Below the pieces are notes generated by a model that made no database searches, was not told the origin of the DNA, and worked only from the letters and a program-made list of their open reading frames with translations. Both the position numbers and the translations under genes were made by a program. Source: Ktedonobacterales bacterium (lineage in GTDB: Bacteria > Chloroflexota > Ktedonobacteria > Ktedonobacterales > DATBGS01). Taken from it: a stretch of DNA of 64,000 nucleotides. The stretch lies in NCBI GenBank assembly GCA_036557285.1, contig DATBHW010000016.1, forward strand, positions 6,995-70,994, read 5' to 3'. Shown one piece after another: positions 36,395 to 44,885 of this stretch; positions within the stretch are counted from its first letter, which is position 1; every line of letters starts with the position of its first letter.

Positions 36395-37216
36395 TTATAT
36401 CCTGAAAAAGAGGTGGCGAATCCGGTCAATCACCTGCGGGTCGCCGCTTGTCTCCCCGCCGGGGAAACGCTGGAACGAGGTCAGCACAAAATCCGAAGCG
36501 TCCCTGAAGTGGAACAGCGCCGCCACCCCATCCAGGTTCTCGGCAGGCGTAGCCGTATACGTACCATCTTTCACCGTCACGCGCCACTCGCCGCCCCATT
36601 CACCATCCACCTTAATGCCAAACTCGGTATCCAGCCCCCTGGCAGATTCCTGATCTACCGTGTACTGCATGAGGATGAACATATAGGGCACAAGGACGCC
36701 CGCTGACCGCTCGTCCATTTTGGCAGTCTTCTCGCCCAGGCCCCAGTTCATATCCCAGGTATGGACGCCATAGTCCATCACATGGAAGGCAGGATAGAAA
36801 AACGTTGGCAGCGGCCCCATATAGGGGTGCGTGACCATGAAGCCGCTCCACTCGTCGGCGGAGAGCGAATCAAAAATGGTAAGCATCTTGTTGGAATCGT
36901 CTTTGAGCCGCGAGATCACCTCTTCACGCGGCAGGCTGCGGAACTTCTGAGCCGCCTCATTGAGCTTCTCGCCCATGACCACCAGGCCCAGCGCCCCGGC
37001 CTCTTCGCCTTTGCGCGCCATCTCCCAACGCGAAAGATAGCCTTCAGTCACATCAATCATGTGCCCGGCGATGTCGCGTACTTCCCAATCATCGCAGCGC
37101 GTCTGCACCTGCCAGTTCCTGGAGTCATCCAGAATCCTGAAGAACTTGGCTCGCTCAGTGCGAACCACATCAAGTACCGTATCCTTGCCACCGAAATCCA
37201 TTGGATTGACTGTCAT
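36395..37216 (-). CDS. DinB / maleylpyruvate-isomerase-N-terminal-like (TIGR03083-type) protein
   Basis: 'W..QTRCDDWEVRDIAGHMIDVTEGY' resembles the MDMPI_N metal-binding helix. Called from memory of the family. Confidence 0.6.
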   Translation of the reverse strand: MTVNPMDFGGKDTVLDVVRTERAKFFRILDDSRNWQVQTRCDDWEVRDIAGHMIDVTEGYLSRWEMARKGEEAGALGLVVMGEKLNEAAQKFRSLPREEVISRLKDDSNKMLTIFDSLSADEWSGFMVTHPYMGPLPTFFYPAFHVMDYGVHTWDMNWGLGEKTAKMDERSAGVLVPYMFILMQYTVDQESARGLDTEFGIKVDGEWGGEWRVTVKDGTYTATPAENLDGVAALFHFRDASDFVLTSFQRFPGGETSGDPQVIDRIRHLFFRI

Positions 37217-37303
37217 GAGAAAAACCCTCCTTTGTGGTGCAAAGCGATAGTCGTCGGTGAGTATCCTCTTGATAAGTACCTATCTCCACCCCCTTTCTGG
37301 CCG

Positions 37304-38464
37304 TTACCACGCGGCGCGATAGATAGCCTCAAGCTGCGCCACGTCGGCCACTGGTTTCGGATTGCTCTGGACTGTTCGGCTTTGGAACGCTATCTGCGCC
37401 AGGCGCGGCAGGTCGGCTTCCTGAACATTGGCATCGCGCAATCGCCGGGGCAGATTCATCTGACCAATCAGGCGCGAGATATGCTGTATGGCATCCTCAG
37501 CAGCGGCTTCGGCGCTGCGGCCAGCGATTGCAATACCCATTGCCTCAGCCGCTTGAGCCAGTTGGGGGGCCGTCGCATCCAGATTGAAGCGCATCGCGTG
37601 GGGCAAGATGATCCCGTTTGCCACCCCATGCGGCACACCAACCGTCCCTCCCAGCACATGGCAGAGGCCATGATGCAGCGCCATCGTCACGTGCGCCAGA
37701 GCCATTGCCGCAAGAAACGAGCCGTTGAACATCTCGGTACGCGCCTCTGTATCATCGCCAACCGCATAGCAGCGAGGCAGCGCAGAGGTAATCAAGCGTA
37801 TCCCCTGGAGCGCCGCAGCCGTCGAGAGCGGGTTACGGGTGATTGAATAGAGCGCCTCGATGCAGTGCGCCAGCGCGTTAATGCCCGTTGAAGCGGTCAA
37901 CTCCGGCGAAAGGCTCAGCGTCAGCAGCGGATCATAGAGAGTGAGCCTGGGCGTTACGCGCGCATCAGTGACGGTGATTTTGCGCGACTCCCCTCCAACC
38001 TGGCGCGTGACGCCATAAACCGGCGTCATCTCTGATCCGGCATAGGTCGTCGGAATGGCAATGACCGGCGCCGACGGCTGCTGTATAGAAGAGGCGTGGC
38101 TTTCGGGCTGCCCGCCGCGCCTTTCCTCCAATGCCTGGCTGACGGCTTTCGCCATGCCAATCGCGCTGCCGCCGCCAAACCCAATAACGGCATCAATCCT
38201 GTTTGTCTCAGCCAGCGCCAGCGCCTCAGCCACCTGGAAATCAGGGACATGCGGCTGGATAGGTTCGTAAGTCGCCACTAACCGCCCAGCCAGAGCGCGC
38301 TGAACTTCGGCAAGCTGGCCGCTGCGCCGCAGTGAACCCGTAGAGCAGAGCATCAGCCGCTGCCAGTGAAAGCGATCCACCGTCTGACCTAGCTGAGCCA
38401 GCGCGCCAGCGCCAAAGATAATTTCCTGGGCATAGCTGGTGTAGTGAAACTCCTGCATCAGCAT
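37304..38464 (-). CDS. iron-containing alcohol dehydrogenase family, maleylacetate reductase-like
   Basis: 'IGFGGGSAIGMAKAV' Fe-ADH NAD motif, His-rich 'HVTMALHHGLCHVLGGTVGVPHG', and an N-terminus (F.Y....IIFGAGAL) typical of maleylacetate reductases. Confidence 0.8.
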   Translation of the reverse strand: MLMQEFHYTSYAQEIIFGAGALAQLGQTVDRFHWQRLMLCSTGSLRRSGQLAEVQRALAGRLVATYEPIQPHVPDFQVAEALALAETNRIDAVIGFGGGSAIGMAKAVSQALEERRGGQPESHASSIQQPSAPVIAIPTTYAGSEMTPVYGVTRQVGGESRKITVTDARVTPRLTLYDPLLTLSLSPELTASTGINALAHCIEALYSITRNPLSTAAALQGIRLITSALPRCYAVGDDTEARTEMFNGSFLAAMALAHVTMALHHGLCHVLGGTVGVPHGVANGIILPHAMRFNLDATAPQLAQAAEAMGIAIAGRSAEAAAEDAIQHISRLIGQMNLPRRLRDANVQEADLPRLAQIAFQSRTVQSNPKPVADVAQLEAIYRAAW

Positions 38465-38628
38465 CCCTCGACTTCAAGGAGGCTGGCGGTTGAAACCACT
38501 CCTGAAAGCAGTGGCTGCCAAACCTGCAAAGGAAGGGCTTTGCGGGCCGGATGACATTGCCAGGAGCAGTTTCAATCGCCAGTTACGACTGCTTCCACAA
38601 AAAGCGGAATCACATCGTCGCCAACTAG

Positions 38629-38660
38629 AGTATACAGACAGCGCGTCAACCAAACGTCAT
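38629..38660 (-). promoter_or_regulatory. candidate SARP box plus -10
   Basis: Read on the minus strand: aTGACGt-N4-tTGACGc, direct heptamers with 11-bp periodicity. The proximal heptamer ends 8 nt before TATACT (38634-38629). It lies 9 nt after the SARP gene stop and about 165 nt upstream of the maleylacetate reductase ATG. Confidence 0.35.
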
Positions 38661-38668
38661 CCACCGCG

Positions 38669-41600
38669 TCACGCCTGATACAATCTCAGCGCAGCCAGTT
38701 CGGCGCGGGCCTGGTGCGCCTCAAGCGTTTTGCGCGCTTCGCCAAGCAGAATGCGCCCCTCTTGAGCAGATGAGCCAGCGAAAAGCAGCGCCTCGCCCCA
38801 CGCTGCCTGGGTGCGCGCTCGTTCCAGGGGAAGGCTGAGCTTGTCTGCACGCTCCATCAGCCCGGCAAAAAGCGTATCGGCATCCGACCAGACACGGCGA
38901 GCCGCCAGCGCACGCGCACAGAGGCGCTCAGCCTGCATGCACAACAGCACGCGCCCCTGAGCGCGGCACGTCTCCAACGCCGCATCCAGATGCGGCTCAG
39001 CCTCGTCCAGACGATCATCCAGCAGCAGCGTCTCGGCAAGCCAGAGCAGCAAGCGCGTGCGTAAATGCCAGTAGCCCTTGTCGGTGATAAGCGCCAGCGC
39101 CTCCTCCAGCAGCGTCCTCGCACGCTCAAGGTCGTTCTGGCCGCGCGCCGCCAGTGCCAGACCTGCCCGATACCCAGCCTGCCGTTCAAGATGGCCCAGG
39201 TCTTCAGCAAGCATGAGGCCGCGCTGGAAGCACTCTGTTGCCGCCGCCCACTCGCCCAGATACAGGTGAATCTCGCCCTGCGTGCTTAAAAGATGGAGGA
39301 GAGCGCCAAGCAATTCGTGAGCCTCGGCCAACTGCTGTCCCTGCGCCAGTGCCCGCCGGGCAGCTTCAGGCTGCCCCAGCAAGAGACTGTGATAAGCAAG
39401 GTTATTATAGGCAAGCGCCTGGAAATAGTGCGCGCGCGACGACGCGGCATGATTTGCCGCTTCCGTGTACAGGTCTACAGCGCGTGCGAGTTCGCCACGC
39501 TGCGCGGCGACATTCCCAAGCTCAAAGAGGGTGGCGTAGAGTTCTTCGGAAGTATTGGCGAGCTTGTGAGCATTGACAGCTTCCTGAAGATGGCGTTCAG
39601 CGGCAGGCAGATCGCTCCCCTCCATCGCCAGGGCCGCGCCAAGCAGCCGGTGGCCTCGCTCCACCAGGCCCGTTTGCTCGCCCTCCTGAAGCGCCGCGCA
39701 GGCGAGCAGACCAGCCTCAGCCGCCGCAATGGCACCCTGGTAATCGGTGGTAACGAGCGCAAGTTCAGCCATCTCCAGGTGGGCGCTTGCCTGAGCCGCC
39801 ACGTCTGCGGTTTTGCGGGACCACTCCAGGCGCTGTTGATGCCAGTACGCCGCCAGATCAAGCTGACCCAGCCCTTGATGCAGCAGCCCCAGCGTGGCGC
39901 TCAACTGAAGCATCTCTTCAGCCGTAGCCATCGGCGCGAGCAGGTCATGCAGGTGACGCAGAAAATCTAACGCTTCGGCCCCGTCGTACTCTCGCGGCAG
40001 TTCCGCCAGAACGCGCAGCCCATACCGCCGAGCGCGGTCCACGTCTTCCCCCAGCACCGCATGCAAGGCTGTCTGGCGCAGCGGAAAGTGCTGCTGAAGC
40101 GCCGGGCAGGCTTCCAGCATCTCGGCCAGCCGACGGTGAATCCTCCTGCGGCGCAGATGGCTCAGGCGAGCGGCAACCGTCTCGCGCAGCAGGTGATGGG
40201 GCAGAGCGAAGGTATCGCTGCTCGTCTCAATTACCAACTGCCGCGCCAGCAGATCATCCAGAATCGCCAGCAGTTGATCGGGCTGGACGCCCAGGAACTC
40301 GCACAGCAACTCGAACGGCAGCGGCGCGTCGGCCACCGCCAGCACGTCCAACACATGGCGCGCTTCATCCGAAAGGTTGGCAAGCCGCCAGGCCAGCAGG
40401 TCATGAATCGTATCGGGTAGGGCGCTGGTCGTGCGCCAACGCAGCCAGCGGCTCATATCCAACTGCCAGCCATCGCCTACCGGCGTAAGCACCGCTTCAG
40501 CGCGCAACTGAGCCAGGATTTCCAGCAAGACAAAGGGGCTGCCCCCTGAACGCACATGCAGCCATTCCGCGACGGGCGCCACAGACATGGGGCTGATGCC
40601 CGATGACTGAAGGAGCGCCGTCACCGCTTCGAGCGCGAGGGGTGGCAGCGACAAGAGGTGCAGGTCGCCCTGATGGCTCCGTGACAGGACCAATCGCTGC
40701 AACGCGGGAATTGCCTCAGCGCGCTGAACCGTCCCGACCAGCAGCACTGGCAGGCTGCGCAGCCGCGTGGCGAGCAGGCTGAACAGATGCAGCGTTGAGC
40801 TGTTGGCCCAATGCAGATCATCAAGAGCCAGCAGCAGCGGCCCATCGCGGGCGAGCATGCGCATCGCCTGCATCAGCCGCCAGAAGAAACGCTCCTGATT
40901 ATCGGAGGCCGGACCGCCAGCGTCGGCCAGGAGATCGGTCAAATCGCCTAGTTCGGCGCTCTGAAAGGCTTCGAGAATCGGCCCATAGGAGAGCAAATCA
41001 TCGAACGGTGAACAGGAGCCTTGCAAGATGATCCAGCGCGGCGTTTCTTCCGACAGCCTGCTCACCAATTCATCCAGCAAGCGGCTCTTGCCACTGCCAG
41101 CCTCGCCTTGAATCAAGACAGCAGCGCCCCGGCCAGCAGCCGGACCCTGGCCGAGCGTCAGCAGTGTCTTAAGGAGCGCATCGCGGCCAATCAGCGGGAG
41201 CGCCTGCGGGCGGCTGCTGGTCAACCGCGCAGGTGTTCCAGCAGGCGACGGCACTCGCAGGCGCGATGTCAAGGCTTCACGGATGAGCGCCTGCGTTTCA
41301 GCGGACGGCGCCAACCCCAATTCTTGCCTCAGTTCCATCTCGAACTGGCGATACTGACGCAGGGCCGGGCCAACAGCCCGCGCGCGCAGATAGCAGCCAA
41401 TCAACCGCTGCTGCGCCTCTTCCGCCAGAGGCTCTAGCTGCACGATCCGCTGGAGATAGCCGATGGCTGCATCCCATGCCTGGCTGGCCTCCGCCTCAGC
41501 AGCCCGGCGATTGAGCGCATCAAGATAGCTCTGGCGCAGTTCAGCCTGCTCGAAGCGCATCCATTCCTCAAACAGCGGGGCATCATCGAGCGTAAAGCCT

Positions 41601-42001
41601 TGCAAGAAGGGGCCGTGATAGAGCGTGAATGCCTGGTCCAGCGCGCCCTCAGCGCCATTGGCGATCAATCGGCGAAACCGAACCGCATCACAGGCGTCCT
41701 CAGCAAGCTGGAGCGAGACCAGTTCCCCATCCCCAACTAGCGCGGCATCCGCGCCGTTGGCCTGGAGTGCCTGGCGCAGATGGTAGAGGCTGGAGCGCAG
41801 CGAGTGGCGCGCATTCTTTTCCAGCGAATCGCTCCAGAGCAGCGCGGCAAGGTGATCGCGCGTGTGGGCATGCCCAGTAGCCGCCAGATAGCACAGCAGC
41901 GCCCGCGCTTTCTGGTGATGCAGGGCCAGGGGCGCGCCCGCGATCTCGATATGCGCTGCCCCCAACAAACGAATTGCAATGGGAGTGAGGCCATCAGCCA
42001 T
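38669..42001 (-). CDS. SARP (OmpR-type wHTH + BTAD) / P-loop ATPase / TPR large regulator (AfsR-like)
   Basis: N-terminal 'IRLLGAAHIEIAG..LALHHQKARALLCYLA' and a BTAD-like region, Walker A 'GEAGSGKSRL', and long C-terminal TPR-like repeats. I chose the ATG at 42001 (AGGAGG 7 nt upstream); the track ORF extends to 42052. Confidence 0.85.
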   Translation of the reverse strand: MADGLTPIAIRLLGAAHIEIAGAPLALHHQKARALLCYLAATGHAHTRDHLAALLWSDSLEKNARHSLRSSLYHLRQALQANGADAALVGDGELVSLQLAEDACDAVRFRRLIANGAEGALDQAFTLYHGPFLQGFTLDDAPLFEEWMRFEQAELRQSYLDALNRRAAEAEASQAWDAAIGYLQRIVQLEPLAEEAQQRLIGCYLRARAVGPALRQYRQFEMELRQELGLAPSAETQALIREALTSRLRVPSPAGTPARLTSSRPQALPLIGRDALLKTLLTLGQGPAAGRGAAVLIQGEAGSGKSRLLDELVSRLSEETPRWIILQGSCSPFDDLLSYGPILEAFQSAELGDLTDLLADAGGPASDNQERFFWRLMQAMRMLARDGPLLLALDDLHWANSSTLHLFSLLATRLRSLPVLLVGTVQRAEAIPALQRLVLSRSHQGDLHLLSLPPLALEAVTALLQSSGISPMSVAPVAEWLHVRSGGSPFVLLEILAQLRAEAVLTPVGDGWQLDMSRWLRWRTTSALPDTIHDLLAWRLANLSDEARHVLDVLAVADAPLPFELLCEFLGVQPDQLLAILDDLLARQLVIETSSDTFALPHHLLRETVAARLSHLRRRRIHRRLAEMLEACPALQQHFPLRQTALHAVLGEDVDRARRYGLRVLAELPREYDGAEALDFLRHLHDLLAPMATAEEMLQLSATLGLLHQGLGQLDLAAYWHQQRLEWSRKTADVAAQASAHLEMAELALVTTDYQGAIAAAEAGLLACAALQEGEQTGLVERGHRLLGAALAMEGSDLPAAERHLQEAVNAHKLANTSEELYATLFELGNVAAQRGELARAVDLYTEAANHAASSRAHYFQALAYNNLAYHSLLLGQPEAARRALAQGQQLAEAHELLGALLHLLSTQGEIHLYLGEWAAATECFQRGLMLAEDLGHLERQAGYRAGLALAARGQNDLERARTLLEEALALITDKGYWHLRTRLLLWLAETLLLDDRLDEAEPHLDAALETCRAQGRVLLCMQAERLCARALAARRVWSDADTLFAGLMERADKLSLPLERARTQAAWGEALLFAGSSAQEGRILLGEARKTLEAHQARAELAALRLYQA

Positions 42002-42113
42002 GAGCAGACCTCCTGGTGTTCCAACAACGCTTCCCCATTGTACACCGAACATTCAGACCTGCACAGAGAGGTTCTTGCTCTGCTGTCCTGGTTGGCTGGC
42101 TGACAAGAGGGGA

Positions 42114-42142
42114 TTGACAGGTGATATGCTCCAGGTTAGAAT
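42114..42142 (+). promoter_or_regulatory. near-consensus sigma70 promoter
   Basis: TTGACA (42114-42119), 17-nt spacer, TAGAAT (42137-42142), about 130 nt upstream of the ATG at 42276. Confidence 0.55.
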
Positions 42143-42275
42143 AGAGTACGAATGAGGAAGTAGATTAGCGCTCGCAGGAAGGAGGCAAACAGTCTAAGAT
42201 CATTGCCTATGTTGGTAGGAGCCAGCTTATCCGCTTGCCAGATGTACATCTAGCAAACTCATGGAGGAAGACACC

Positions 42276-42620
42276 ATGTTTCACAAGAAGCTCATCATTG
42301 TATTGGCATTAGCCATTGCGCTCAATGGTCTGGCTCTCGGAGTTCTCCCCTCGTCCTCTGTAGCAAAAGCCGCCAGTCAGGCTAACCCCGTAGCAACGTC
42401 GCCTCTGCCCAGCGCCAATACACCGTATACCATCAGGTGGGTAGACCTGGAAGGCCATGATGTGAAAGTCTGGCACGGCACGTATGCCCAGGCGCTGCCA
42501 ATCCTCCAGCGGGAGGACGCAGAGCGTATCAAGAATCAACCCCCACAGACCCGGCCCGACTCTATAGGAGCCGGGCCATCTTTTGTGAAAAGACCCCTGA
42601 ATGACCGCGAGCCTCGATAG
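42276..42620 (+). CDS. small secreted protein, unknown function
   Basis: GGAGGA lies 7 nt upstream of the ATG at 42276. Signal peptide 'MFHKKLIIVLALAIALNGLALGVLPSSSVAKA'. The mature part is about 80 aa. Confidence 0.6.
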   Translation: MFHKKLIIVLALAIALNGLALGVLPSSSVAKAASQANPVATSPLPSANTPYTIRWVDLEGHDVKVWHGTYAQALPILQREDAERIKNQPPQTRPDSIGAGPSFVKRPLNDREPR

Positions 42621-42647
42621 GCGATAGGCTTCAGATACTCTTTCCTG

Positions 42648-42695
42648 CTATAAGCAGTTCCCCCCTTGAGGAAAACACTGCTTATGGTTTTTTTC
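42648..42695 (+). terminator. intrinsic terminator
   Basis: Stem ctataagcagt / actgcttatgg (9 perfect bp plus 2, one of them G-U) followed by a TTTTTTT run at 42688-42694. Confidence 0.6.
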
Positions 42696-42783
42696 CTCTT
42701 GCGAAGCTTGTTTTTTGGAGATATGCTGGTTCAATGGAACTCGTGCCAGTCCACTCATGACACTGTGAAAGGCAAGGTACATC

Positions 42784-43797
42784 ATGAGCAACCACCCCTT
42801 GAAGTTGGGGTATAAGGCTTCGGCAGAGCAGTTTGGGCCACGCCAGCTTCTCGACTTCTCCATTCAGGCCGAGCAGCTTGGCTTCGATAGCGTCTGGATC
42901 AGCGACCATTTCCAGCCCTGGCGACACACCGATGGACACGCGCCCTTTGCGCTCTCCTGGCTGGGGGCCTTGGGACAGCGCACCGAGCGCATTTTGATGG
43001 GGACGAGCGTGCTGACGCCCACCTTCCGCTATCCGCCAGCCATCATCGCGCAGGCGTTTGGGACATTGGGCGTACTCACCCCTGGGAGAGTGATCCTGGG
43101 CGTGGGGACCGGCGAATCGCTCAATGAGATTGCCGTCACAGCCGCCGAGTGGCCGCCAGCGAAAGAACGGTTAGATCGCCTGCGCGAAGCGGTTGCGTTG
43201 ATTCGGCGGCTCTGGACTGACGAATTTGTGAGCTTCGAGGGAACCTATTATCGAACGCGCAATGCCACTATTTATGATCGCCCCGACCAGTCCATCCCCA
43301 TCTACATCAGCGCGGGCGGCCCTGTCGCCGCCAGGTTCGCGGGCCGCGCTGGCGACGGGTTTATCTGCACCTCTGGAAAAGGCGATGCCCTCTATCGCGA
43401 TCAACTCCTGCCAGGGCTGGAGGAAGGGGCGAAAGCAGCAGGGCGCGATCCAGCCGCCATTGAGCGCACCATTGAGGTTAAAGTCTCTTATGATACAGAC
43501 CGCGAACGAGCGATGGCCGATACGCGCATCTGGGCCGCGCTGGCGCTTCCCGCAGAAGACAAGGTGGCTATTCACGACCCACGCGAGATGGAGCAAAAAG
43601 CCGCCAGCGTTGCCGACCAGGCGCATCGCCGCTGGCTCGTCTCGAACGACCCCGATGAGCATATCGAACAGATTCGTCCCTATATCGAACTGGGCTTCAC
43701 CCATCTGATCTTCCATGCCCCAGGAGACGACCAATCCCGCTTCCTACAACTCTACGCGAAAGACATCTTACCCCGGCTCAGAAATCGTTGGGGTTAA
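42784..43797 (+). CDS. fgd: LLM-class F420-dependent oxidoreductase, glucose-6-phosphate dehydrogenase family
   Basis: N-terminus 'LKLGYKASAEQFGPRQLLDFSIQAEQLGFDSVWISDHFQPW' and a length of about 337 aa match my memory of the FGD/TIGR03557 family. Confidence 0.8.
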   Translation: MSNHPLKLGYKASAEQFGPRQLLDFSIQAEQLGFDSVWISDHFQPWRHTDGHAPFALSWLGALGQRTERILMGTSVLTPTFRYPPAIIAQAFGTLGVLTPGRVILGVGTGESLNEIAVTAAEWPPAKERLDRLREAVALIRRLWTDEFVSFEGTYYRTRNATIYDRPDQSIPIYISAGGPVAARFAGRAGDGFICTSGKGDALYRDQLLPGLEEGAKAAGRDPAAIERTIEVKVSYDTDRERAMADTRIWAALALPAEDKVAIHDPREMEQKAASVADQAHRRWLVSNDPDEHIEQIRPYIELGFTHLIFHAPGDDQSRFLQLYAKDILPRLRNRWG

Positions 43798-44857
43798 ACA
43801 ACACACCATCCGCTTGCAGTGCCGCCGGATGAGGCGTATCATCAGGGTCAGTCGTAAAAAATGACGTGGGCGGCATGGTCGGGAGCAGGCGCTCTATCAG
43901 CACTTCATCCACCCGCGCCCCTGCCGCTTCGAGCGCCGCAAAGACCACCCCAATTACCGGCTCGAAGCGGCAGGGCGCCAGGCGCGCAAAGGGCGCTGTC
44001 TGCCGAACCCGTTCCAGAACCGCATCTGGCAGGACAGACGCGGGATGGTGAAAGACACCACCAGCCAGAACCAGGGGGAACGCTGTCCCTTCTATGCCAA
44101 CGCGCCGCGCCGCCGCCAGCACATACTCACCCAGCGCCCGCCCATGCTCCTGCACGATACGCCGCGCCACGAGATCACCGGCTTGCGCTTCATCCAGCAG
44201 GATAGGTGTCAGGCGACTCATATGATCGGGAGCCTGACGCTCGCGGCCCGTAAACAGATGCAGCAGCGCCTCGACGGAATCAAGGTGAAACAAGTCCAGC
44301 GCACGCGCGGTGAGCGTCGTCGGGGGTTCAATGCCCAACTCCGAGCGATAGACCGCCACCAGGGTACTCCGCGCGAGTTGATGACTGCCCTGGGTATCAT
44401 CCTGCCAGTGGCTGGTATGCCAGGTGCGGCCATCGGGCGCGCGAGCGCCGACCGCCGCGCCAGTGCCACAGATCAACGAGACACCGACCGCGCTAGAGAC
44501 ACCCGCGTGTAAGACGCCCAGCGCATCATTCTGCACGATGATCGTGCGTCCGAAACCGCGCGCTTCTAGCGCAGCACGCAGCAGCGCGAAATCTTCCGGC
44601 CAGTCAGCGCCAGCCATGTTGAACACACCCGCCACCAGATCAGACGCCTCGACATGCGCTATGCTCAACGCGCTCGTCACCGCGTGCTCGATATTGGCAA
44701 CCGCCGCAGCGGCAGAGTCGCCAGACTCTGGCGTCACTGGAGCGTTATAGATGTCTCCACAGCCCCCGCGCCCAACCCCCAGAATCGTTCCGTCCAGGGC
44801 CACCACCAGCGCCAGAGTCTTGGTATTGCCGCCATCAACACCCAGCACGCATTGCAT
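43778..44857 (-). CDS. BadF/BadG/BcrA/BcrD-type ATPase (N-acetylglucosamine kinase-like sugar kinase)
   Basis: 'VLGVDGGNTKTLALV' phosphate-1 motif and 'LICGTGAA' adenosine motif. I chose the ATG at 44857 (GGAGAG upstream); the track ORF runs to 45007 into the upstream gene. Confidence 0.8.
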   Translation of the reverse strand: MQCVLGVDGGNTKTLALVVALDGTILGVGRGGCGDIYNAPVTPESGDSAAAAVANIEHAVTSALSIAHVEASDLVAGVFNMAGADWPEDFALLRAALEARGFGRTIIVQNDALGVLHAGVSSAVGVSLICGTGAAVGARAPDGRTWHTSHWQDDTQGSHQLARSTLVAVYRSELGIEPPTTLTARALDLFHLDSVEALLHLFTGRERQAPDHMSRLTPILLDEAQAGDLVARRIVQEHGRALGEYVLAAARRVGIEGTAFPLVLAGGVFHHPASVLPDAVLERVRQTAPFARLAPCRFEPVIGVVFAALEAAGARVDEVLIERLLPTMPPTSFFTTDPDDTPHPAALQADGVLFNPNDF

Positions 44858-44885
44858 AACGCATCTCTCCAGCTTCATTTCTCCG

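Noticed and set aside
36761-37846. 361-aa plus-strand ORF spanning the DinB-like and maleylacetate reductase genes.
   Set aside because: It crosses an intergenic gap of the opposite-strand operon. The translation is Arg/His-rich and featureless. Both opposite-strand genes carry family motifs and SD sequences.
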